From an uncultured Clostridia bacterium (lineage in GTDB: Bacteria; Bacillota; Clostridia; Christensenellales; Borkfalkiaceae), in assembly GCA_947631005.1 (NCBI GenBank), contig CANRJR010000009.1:1308-65307 (forward strand): DNA of 64,000 nt, read 5' to 3'. A program made the position numbers and the translations under genes. Below, one piece after another: positions 57,460 to 64,000 of the stretch. Within the stretch, counting starts at the first letter, position 1; each line of letters begins with the position of its first letter. The notes beneath the pieces were generated by a model that searched no databases, was not told the DNA's origin, and worked only from the letters and a program-made list of their open reading frames with translations.

Positions 57460-58857
57460 TCAGTCGCCGCGAGGTTCGGTGAGAACGAGAGGGTCGAGCA
57501 CGGCGTCGAGGGTCGCCGCGTCCATGAGCCCCTCGCGCAAGACGATGTCGCGGATGGGCTCGCCCGTTTTGAGCGATTCCTTGGCGATCTCGGCGGCTTT
57601 GAGGTAGCCGATGTAGGGGTTGAGCGCGGTCACGATGCCCACGCTTCGGTTGACCCATTCGGCGCACCGTTCGCGGTTGGCGACAATGCCGTCGATGCAG
57701 TGGTCGGAGAGCGTCCGCACCGCGCCCGTCAGCGCGCGCAACGATTCGAACAGTTGATAGAAGATGACGGGTTCAAAGGCGTTGAGTTCGAGCTGTCCCG
57801 CCTCTGCCGCCATCGTCACCGTAACGTCGTGCCCGATCACGAGGAACGCCGCCTGGTTGACGACTTCGGGGATGACGGGGTTGATCTTGCCGGGCATAAT
57901 GGAAGAGCCGTTCTGGCGGGCGGGCAAAATGATCTCGCCGAGCCCCGTGCGCGGACCGCTCGACATCAGCCGCAAGTCGTTGCACATCTTGGAGAGGTTG
58001 ACGGCGAGTGCCTTCAACGTCCCCGAGACGGCGGCAAAGCCGTCCACGTTCTGCGTCCCGTCGAAGAGGTCTGCCGCGCGGCGCAGCTTCTCGCCCGAGA
58101 GAGAGGAGAGCTCCTCCGTAATGTGTTTGAAATACGCCTCCCGCGCGTTGATCGCCGTCCCGATCGCGGTCGCGCCCATGTTGACGGTGCGCATTTCGTC
58201 GAGAGAAGCCTCGATCCGCGCCGAGGAGCGGGAGATCGACGTCGCAAAGGCGTGGAACGCCTGTCCGAGCCGCATGGGAACGGCGTCCTGCAACTGCGTT
58301 CTTCCCATTTTAAGGATGCCGTCGAATTCGTCGGCTTTGCGCAGGAGTGCCGCGTTGAGCCGCCCGAGCTCACTCAAAAGCTCTTTCGCGAGCGACAGCA
58401 CGGTGAGCTTGCCCGCGGTGGGGATCACGTCGTTTGTCGACTGTTCCATGTTCACGTCGTCGTTCGGACTGATGACGGTATAGTCGCCTTTCTTCCCGCC
58501 GAGCCGCTCGATGGCGATGTTCGCGATCACCTCGTTCACGTTCATGTTCGCCGAAGTGCCCGCGCCGCCCTGTACCGCGTCTACGATAAAATCTTTCTTG
58601 TGTTTGCCGTGCAAGATCTCGTCGCACGCGGCGATAATGGCGTCTGCCTTCGTCCCGTCGAGAAGCCCGTACGCCTTATTGACGACGGCGGCGGCTTTCT
58701 TGATGAGGACGATGTTCCGCACAAAGGCGAAGTTGAGCTTCGTGCCCGTGATCTCGAAGTTCTCTTTGGCGCGGAGCGTTTGAATGCCGTAATAGGCACC
58801 GCTGTCGAGCGCGAGTTCGCCCACCGAATCGCGCTCCGTTCTCAATTCTTTTTCCAT
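57460..58857 (-). CDS. aspA: Aspartate ammonia-lyase
   Basis: Class II fumarase/aspartase fold. The signature GSSIMPGKINPVIPE is the aspartase-type variant. The ATG is at 58857 (track ORF extended 15 codons). Confidence 0.88.
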   Translation of the reverse strand: MEKELRTERDSVGELALDSGAYYGIQTLRAKENFEITGTKLNFAFVRNIVLIKKAAAVVNKAYGLLDGTKADAIIAACDEILHGKHKKDFIVDAVQGGAGTSANMNVNEVIANIAIERLGGKKGDYTVISPNDDVNMEQSTNDVIPTAGKLTVLSLAKELLSELGRLNAALLRKADEFDGILKMGRTQLQDAVPMRLGQAFHAFATSISRSSARIEASLDEMRTVNMGATAIGTAINAREAYFKHITEELSSLSGEKLRRAADLFDGTQNVDGFAAVSGTLKALAVNLSKMCNDLRLMSSGPRTGLGEIILPARQNGSSIMPGKINPVIPEVVNQAAFLVIGHDVTVTMAAEAGQLELNAFEPVIFYQLFESLRALTGAVRTLSDHCIDGIVANRERCAEWVNRSVGIVTALNPYIGYLKAAEIAKESLKTGEPIRDIVLREGLMDAATLDAVLDPLVLTEPRGD

Positions 58858-58920
58858 ATTCCTTTCCCGCGGGGGCGTCCCGCCCGTTTTTCCGTTTTGC
58901 ATATTTCGCCCGTTTTCCCC

Positions 58921-58971
58921 GATTCTCCCGTTTGCGAGATTCTCCCGTTTGCGAGATTCTTCCGTTTGCGC
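58921..58971. repeat. 17-bp direct repeat x3 (gattctcccgtttgcga) in the aspA upstream region
   Basis: Units at 58921-58937 and 58938-58954 are identical. The unit at 58955-58971 has 2 mismatches. Degenerate ccgtttt copies occur at 58884-58920. Confidence 0.85.
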
Positions 58972-58989
58972 GCCCGAAAAGCGCGCGGA

Positions 58990-59244
58990 TCATGTTCCGT
59001 CTTGCAACCTCGCGCAGTTCTCGCAGCGTCCGTATTCGTCCAACGGGAGCATTTGCAGCGTCTTTTTGAGTTCCGAATAGATCGCGCGGTTTTTGATCTC
59101 GTCGCAAAATCCTTCCATTTCGAGCACGGGGCTGTACCCCTTGCGCCCGCACACCTTGCATACGTTGATGTACTTTTTCGCCGAAGGATTCCACACTTCG
59201 ATGTATAGCGACCGTCCCCGTTTGGTCTGTTTGCTGTGCGACAT
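58990..59244 (-). CDS. Small Cys-rich protein (84 aa), CxxC...CxxC zinc-ribbon-like
   Basis: RBS ggagg 6 nt upstream of the ATG at 59244. CKVCGRKG and CENCARL pairs. Own TTGATT-N17-TATAAT promoter at 59283-59311 (minus strand). Confidence 0.55.
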   Translation of the reverse strand: MSHSKQTKRGRSLYIEVWNPSAKKYINVCKVCGRKGYSPVLEMEGFCDEIKNRAIYSELKKTLQMLPLDEYGRCENCARLQDGT

Positions 59245-59348
59245 TCCGCTCCTCCGACCCGCCGTCCGTATCGGCGTCAACCATTATAGCATACCCGCGC
59301 GCAAGAATCAAGCGCGTTTGACGCCCTCTCGCCCGACGGCAAGGACTG

Positions 59349-60188
59349 TCAGCCGACGATCGTTTTCAGCTTGCCTGCGTTGTACGATTGGTAGGTGTCG
59401 TAGTATTCGAAGTTGGTCGTGCCGACCGATTTCAGTTTGCCCGCGTTGTACGATTGGTAGGTGTCGTAATAATAGAGATTGGTCGCCCCGACCGATTTCA
59501 ACTTGCCCGCGTTGTACGATTGGTAGGTGTCGTAGTATTCGAAGTTGGTCGTGCCGACCGATTTCAGTTTGCCCGCGTTGTACGATTGGTAGGTGTCGTA
59601 ATAATAGAGATTGGTCGCCCCGACCGACTTTATCTTTCCCGCGTTATACGATTGATAGGTGTCGTAATAATAGAGGTTGGTCGCGCCGACCGACTTCAAT
59701 TTTCCCGCATTGTACGATTGATAGGTGTCGTAATAATAGAGGTTGGTCGCGCCGACCGACTTCAATTTTCCCGCGTTGTACGATTGGTAGGTGTCGTAAT
59801 AATAGAGGTTGGTCGCGCCGACCGACTTCAACTTGCCCGTGTTGTACGATTGGTAGGTGTCGTAATAATAGAGGGGAACTGCGCCGATCGACTTGATCTT
59901 CCCCGTGTTGTACGATTGGTAGGTGTCGTAGTAGGAGAGAGTGCGCGACCCGACCGACTTCAACTTGCCCGCGTTGTACGATTGGTAGGTGTCGTAGTAG
60001 GAGAGGGTGACGCTCCCGACCGAGCGGAGGAGAAGATCGCATTCCCCGAACAGCGCGAGATCGTCCCCGACATCGACCACACTGCGGCAAAGCGTTTCGC
60101 CGTCCGCCGTCTGCACAACGGCAAAATCCGCACCCGTATAAACGCTCACCCCGATCACGTTTCCGTAAATATCTATGCAAAGATCCAT
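59349..60188 (-). CDS. Repeat protein: 55-aa N-terminal region + ten tandem 22-aa units (SVGATNLYYYDTYQSYNAGKLK)
   Basis: ATG with RBS aggagg and a TTGATT-N17-TATAAT promoter (60210-60238, minus strand). All other frames across the repeats are open only because of periodicity. Confidence 0.7.
   Translation of the reverse strand: MDLCIDIYGNVIGVSVYTGADFAVVQTADGETLCRSVVDVGDDLALFGECDLLLRSVGSVTLSYYDTYQSYNAGKLKSVGSRTLSYYDTYQSYNTGKIKSIGAVPLYYYDTYQSYNTGKLKSVGATNLYYYDTYQSYNAGKLKSVGATNLYYYDTYQSYNAGKLKSVGATNLYYYDTYQSYNAGKIKSVGATNLYYYDTYQSYNAGKLKSVGTTNFEYYDTYQSYNAGKLKSVGATNLYYYDTYQSYNAGKLKSVGTTNFEYYDTYQSYNAGKLKTIVG
59360..60019. repeat. 66-bp tandem repeat x10 with a 132-bp higher-order duplication
   Basis: gtacgattggtaggtgtcgta recurs every 66 bp (59382, 59448, 59514...). 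59382-59513 is repeated almost exactly at 59514-59645. Confidence 0.92.
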
Positions 60189-60315
60189 GTTGACCTCCTG
60201 TTCACTTCCATTATACCATAATCCAGCGTGAAAATCAAGCGGGACAGAAATTTTGAAAAAGATTTCAGTATAAAGTATAAAACCCGCCGAGGGGGGCTTC
60301 CGTCGGCGGGATATA

Positions 60316-60681
60316 TTATTTTACTTTGAAAACGGATACGTCGGAAAATTCGATCTCGAAAATATCATGGCGTGCTTCGCTGCCCACAAAATATTCCAAC
60401 TCGATTCGGGCGCGCATACATTGCTCTGCGGGAAAGCAGTCGAGCGCGAGGATATAACAGTCTTTCATTCGCTTCGGCTTTTGCAAGATTTTCCCGTCCG
60501 AAAACGAGAGTTCATATACTTTTCCGTCTTTGGGCGGGGCTAACGCAGTCTTAAAATCGACGAGCAGCGAAACGCGCTCTTTCCCGTATTTTTCTTCATA
60601 GCGCACATCAACGAGCTTTGCGTCGTGGAAAGAAACGTTCGTAAGAAAATTCATTCCGTCGTCGCAGATTTTTTGTTCCAT
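60316..60681 (-). CDS. Hypothetical cytoplasmic protein (121 aa), low GC
   Basis: RBS ggagaa. No signal peptide and no domain I recognise. Followed on the minus strand by the hairpin cccgccgacggaagcccccctcggcggg. Confidence 0.55.
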   Translation of the reverse strand: MEQKICDDGMNFLTNVSFHDAKLVDVRYEEKYGKERVSLLVDFKTALAPPKDGKVYELSFSDGKILQKPKRMKDCYILALDCFPAEQCMRARIELEYFVGSEARHDIFEIEFSDVSVFKVK

Positions 60682-60735
60682 GAATTTTCTCCGTGAAATT
60701 GATCTTTATAAATTGTTCAAGGACCTTTCCATCAT

Positions 60736-61515
60736 CTATTCATTTTTCACTGCTTGAAATTCAATGCCGACGTCTCTGTATCCCGTAACATATCCGAAAC
60801 GCACGACTTCGATTCCGCTCGGTTCGATTTCCGTATATGGTTTCCCGTCGACATACATGACGATCTTGTACCCTTCGATTTTATAGATAGAATAATGCAA
60901 TTCTGTTCCCGCCCAAAACGCGGCATCGTCTTTCGCTTCAAATTTGATATTCTCATCAAACGTCAAGTTACAATGATATTGAAAATTATGATGTGGATTC
61001 GGACTTTCCGTACCCTCTGAAATAAATTTGAGGTCTGCGCTGTCCGCTGTGCCGTTAAATTTATATTTGATTTTCAATTCATCGGTCGCCTGATCGTTGT
61101 CATTATCAATTAGTTGCAAAGTAACATCGGATAAATCCAATTTACGATGGAATGTATCGTCCCCGATGTCTTTCAGCTTATATGTGTCTGTCGTATCAAT
61201 ATTTTGTGCGACTGCCTCCGAAAACTCTACAACATAGTTTTCGTTCCCCGCACTCAAAACAAGATTAATGTGATATGCCGTATAGAATTTCGTGTCGATC
61301 GTAGACAGGTCTTTGACTTTGTTATTATGTGTTTTAATGTATTCCACCTGATCCATTTCCGACAACTCCACACTGACCGTCAACTCGGAATTGAGATTGG
61401 AAACACCTTGAAAAAGTCCCTCTTTCAAAGAAATTTCAAATTGCTTGTGTCCCGTGCAACCGACCAAACATGATGCTACCGCAAACGATATAAACACAAA
61501 AGATATTTTTCTCAT
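60736..61515 (-). CDS. Hypothetical lipoprotein (259 aa), low GC
   Basis: Lipobox CLVGC|T after MRKISFVFISFAVAS. AT-rich codon usage unlike the rest of the window. Confidence 0.65.
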   Translation of the reverse strand: MRKISFVFISFAVASCLVGCTGHKQFEISLKEGLFQGVSNLNSELTVSVELSEMDQVEYIKTHNNKVKDLSTIDTKFYTAYHINLVLSAGNENYVVEFSEAVAQNIDTTDTYKLKDIGDDTFHRKLDLSDVTLQLIDNDNDQATDELKIKYKFNGTADSADLKFISEGTESPNPHHNFQYHCNLTFDENIKFEAKDDAAFWAGTELHYSIYKIEGYKIVMYVDGKPYTEIEPSGIEVVRFGYVTGYRDVGIEFQAVKNE

Positions 61516-61668
61516 AAGCTTACTCTCATTAAATCATTATGATTATACCATAAACCCACACAAAAATCAAGCGAGGCGGGTATTTTGAAAAAGATTTCAT
61601 GATAAAGCATAAAGCCCGCCATTTGGCGGGCACTTCAAAACGCCGCTTTGCAAGAGAGGGAAACCCTC

Positions 61669-63249
61669 TCATAGGGCTCCCGAAAAATGTTGCGAAGCAA
61701 GATTTTTCGGGAAAAGGAGACGCAGGCGTAAAAAGCACAAGGGTTGCCTTTCGGCAACCCTTTGAAAATGCGCCTTGCGGCGACGTGGTGGAGTTGCTCC
61801 ATCCAAATCCGAACTCAATTCTTCTTCCAATTCTTTTAAGGTCAGCTCTCGTGTGCCGTCCTTATAATTGAAAGCGAATACAATCTTGTCATCGAACAGG
61901 TAGATGCTGTTTACAAAGGTGTCGATCAGCCGCTTTCGGTTTTCCAAGTCATTGACATTTATCTTGCGGTAACGCTCGATAAAGCAGACAATGTGGTCTT
62001 TCGTGATTTCGGGCTTTTGGAGTTGTTCGCTATATATTGCCGTTTCAATTTCCGCTCGCGCTTCTTCCAATTCGTCAAGCCGCTTTTTTGCCGAGGCATT
62101 GAACAGCCCTTGCTGTATCGCATTGAGCAGGTTTTCGATATAGCCGTCAACTTCTTTCAACCTTGCCTGTAATTGAGGAATTTTGCTACTTTCGTGGGAA
62201 AGCAAATCCAAAATTCGATCCGATATGATGTCAACCAAATTGTCGTCCATTACGACTTTCATCGTGTAATTGACGACGAGATTTTCTATCCACTCTTTCT
62301 TGACGGGTTTCTTGTCGCAATCCTTGCGCCTTTTGGCGTTGGCGCATTTGTAATAGTGATGAACCGCGCCCGTCTTGCTCGTTCCGCTTTCTCCGACCAT
62401 AAACGCACCGCATTTTCCGCATCGTAATTTTGCGGTCAAAATGTAGTCGTCCTCTGCCTTGTGGCGGGCGGGTGCTTTCTGATTTTTCTTCATTTTCTGT
62501 TGTACCCGCTCAAAGAGTTCTTCCGATACGATAGCGGGGAAAGCGTTGGGGTGGACAATATCGCGGAAGCGGTATTCGCCCAAATACCGACGGTTCTTTA
62601 ACATATGATGAACGATATTCAAAGTGATACGGTTGCCGTACTTCGATTTTACGCCGCGCAACGTCATATCTTTGGCTATCTCCGTCATCGTTTCGCCCTC
62701 GGCATAGCGCGTGAAAATCTCTACCACGATAGGCGCGGCTTCCTCGTCCACGGCAAGGCTCTTTTCTTTGGTGAGCGTATAGCCGAAGGGAATACTGCCG
62801 CCGTTGAGTTTGCCTTTCAAGGCGTTTTCGGTCAGACCGCGATTTATCTTTTCTGCGAGTTCCACCGAATAGTATTCTGCATAGCCCTCAAGCATAGCCT
62901 CAAGGATAATGCCTTCCGAGCCTTCACCGATATGTTCCTTTGCGGAAACGACTTTTACGCCGTTCTTTTTAAGGATATTTTTATAGTGCGCGCTGTCGTA
63001 ACGGTTTCGGGCAAAACGGTCAACTTTCCAAACAAGCACCGTGTCGAACACCTTGCGGTAGCTGTCCTTTATCATATGCTGAAATTCGGGGCGGTTGTCC
63101 GTCTTTGCAGAAAGAGCGCGGTCTATGTATTCGCCGATAATGACAATATCGTTCTTCTCGGCAAATTCTTTACATTCGCGGAGTTGTCCCTCGATAGAGG
63201 CTTCCGTTTGGTTGTCGCTCGAATAGCGGGCGTAAATCACGGCTTTCAT
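61669..63249 (-). CDS. Large serine recombinase (resolvase catalytic domain + recombinase domain + zinc ribbon + coiled coil)
   Basis: AVIYARYSSDNQ (catalytic Ser), VLVWKVDRFARN, GSIPFGYT, LRCGKCGAFMVG...YYKC zinc ribbon. The last 45 or so codons run through terminator-like hairpins. Confidence 0.9.
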   Translation of the reverse strand: MKAVIYARYSSDNQTEASIEGQLRECKEFAEKNDIVIIGEYIDRALSAKTDNRPEFQHMIKDSYRKVFDTVLVWKVDRFARNRYDSAHYKNILKKNGVKVVSAKEHIGEGSEGIILEAMLEGYAEYYSVELAEKINRGLTENALKGKLNGGSIPFGYTLTKEKSLAVDEEAAPIVVEIFTRYAEGETMTEIAKDMTLRGVKSKYGNRITLNIVHHMLKNRRYLGEYRFRDIVHPNAFPAIVSEELFERVQQKMKKNQKAPARHKAEDDYILTAKLRCGKCGAFMVGESGTSKTGAVHHYYKCANAKRRKDCDKKPVKKEWIENLVVNYTMKVVMDDNLVDIISDRILDLLSHESSKIPQLQARLKEVDGYIENLLNAIQQGLFNASAKKRLDELEEARAEIETAIYSEQLQKPEITKDHIVCFIERYRKINVNDLENRKRLIDTFVNSIYLFDDKIVFAFNYKDGTRELTLKELEEELSSDLDGATPPRRRKAHFQRVAERQPLCFLRLRLLFPKNLASQHFSGAL

Positions 63250-64000
63250 TTCAGTAACTTCCTGTTATCGTTTTCATTCAGTACTTTCATTTGCGATATG
63301 GCTATTTGGTTCAGTTTTTTCAACCTTTCGGGTTGCGGGATACCGTCGGCTATCAGAACAGCGTTGATATTTTCCATATTAGACAAACAAATCAGTTCGT
63401 TAATTGTCGCGTAATCTCTGATATTCCCGCTTTTATCGGGGTTGGCGGCTCTCCATTCCGCGGCGGTCATACCAAAAAGCGCAACATTCAGAACGTCTGC
63501 CTCGCTGGCATAGACAACGCTGATTTGTGACGGGGTAAGTTCGGGCGGGATGAGGTTCTCTTTGATAGCGTCCGTGTGGATACGGTAGTTTATTCTTGCG
63601 AGTTCCCGCTTTGCCGACCAACCGAGTTGTTTCTGCTCTTCGTCTTTAAGGCGTTGAAATTCTTTGACAAGATAAATCTTGAATTCGGGGCTGATCCACA
63701 TTCCGAACTCAAAGGCAATATCCTTATGAGCGTATGTACCGCCGTAACGTCCCGCTTTCGCTTGAATTCCTATTGCATTTGTCCTTGCGACAAATTCTTT
63801 GACGCTGATTTTGAAGCTGTTGAGTCCGGCTTTACTTTTAATTGCGGCGAATTCGCCATAATTAAAATTCGGATTGTAGATCGATTCCCATATACCGAGA
63901 TATTCGAGCGTATTTCTGTTACGAAGCCAATCGGTAATAAAGAAATCGCCGTCTTTTGCTTTCAGCATATCGGTGATGCAGATATAATCCTGCTCGCCGA
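63246..64000 (-). CDS. KilA-N domain protein (5' end outside window)
   Basis: The frame stays open to the window edge (..DYICITDMLKAKDGDFFI). FVARTNAIGIQAKAGRYGGTYAHKDIAFEFGMWISPEFKIYL is the KilA-N/Bro-N-like core. The stop overlaps the recombinase start (ATGA). Confidence 0.75.
   Translation of the reverse strand, partial: GEQDYICITDMLKAKDGDFFITDWLRNRNTLEYLGIWESIYNPNFNYGEFAAIKSKAGLNSFKISVKEFVARTNAIGIQAKAGRYGGTYAHKDIAFEFGMWISPEFKIYLVKEFQRLKDEEQKQLGWSAKRELARINYRIHTDAIKENLIPPELTPSQISVVYASEADVLNVALFGMTAAEWRAANPDKSGNIRDYATINELICLSNMENINAVLIADGIPQPERLKKLNQIAISQMKVLNENDNRKLLK

Larger units (their letters stand above)
60200..64000. mobile_element. Low-GC accessory segment: probable fragment of an integrated element (KilA-N + large serine recombinase, possibly with the two-gene cargo)
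   Basis: Visibly AT-richer sequence and codon usage than 1-59000. Recombinase and phage-type KilA-N genes are present. The right boundary lies outside the window and the left boundary is uncertain (61.5-61.8 kb or 60.2 kb). Confidence 0.5.

Noticed and set aside
59360-60019. Possible CRISPR array suggested by a regular 66-bp periodicity
   Set aside because: The units are contiguous with no unique spacers. They sit in one long ORF with a good RBS and promoter and encode a coherent 22-aa repeat. There are no cas genes nearby.
59388-60221. Plus-strand 277-aa ORF and other frames (59093-59896 +, 59644-60180 -) across the repeat region
   Set aside because: These frames are open only because the 66-bp period lacks stops. 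They lack an RBS or promoter and give V/G/R-rich or C/R-rich nonsense repeats. The minus-strand frame at 59349-60188 has AGGAGG plus TTGATT-N17-TATAAT.
60316-60681. 121-aa protein as a polymorphic-toxin immunity protein paired with the YD-like repeat protein
   Set aside because: The gene order is wrong because the small gene is upstream, not downstream. The repeat protein has no toxin domain or secretion signal, and the YD similarity is weak. Evidence is insufficient.

Overview
High-GC (about 60%) Firmicutes/Clostridia-type chromosomal window. The assignment rests on spo0A, the pgsA-cinA-recA and ftsK-rimO synteny, lipobox lipoproteins and very canonical TTGACA-N17-TATAAT promoters. The left 25 kb is one same-strand surface-protein locus. 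It starts with a giant (>2,980 aa, 5' truncated) BspA-type LRR / InlB-B-repeat protein. This is followed by a membrane protein, a Bat-like MoxR AAA+ / DUF58 / two vWA membrane-protein module, a 955-aa LRR lipoprotein and a 1,737-aa lipoprotein of mostly unknown fold. The centre is housekeeping: gdhA, DUF368, ABC-F, spo0A, HtrA-like protease, ftsK/spoIIIE, rimO, pgsA, cinA, recA and a GH1 glucosidase. Next comes a MarR-led flavoprotein cluster that ends in a lipoprotein fusing an InlB B-repeat, LRRs and a flavodoxin domain. Further right are an AbrB-ABC-2 transporter operon, feoA-feoA-feoB plus a small Cys-rich gene behind a structured leader, a MacB-type ABC pair, an EFR1-type flavodoxin-ferredoxin and aspA. 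The right end (about 59.3-64 kb) is accessory. It holds a protein made of ten near-identical 22-aa (66-bp) repeats and a low-GC two-gene cassette flanked by about 100-bp duplicated terminator-operator-promoter modules. It also holds a large serine recombinase and a KilA-N gene that runs off the window. A REP/MITE-like intergenic repeat family occurs at two loci. I recognised no rRNA, tRNA or CRISPR. Many long antisense ORFs in the track are GC-driven shadows. The most promising candidates for something undescribed are the MoxR/vWA-coupled surface-protein operon, the surface LRR-flavodoxin cluster, and the repeat-protein cassette region.
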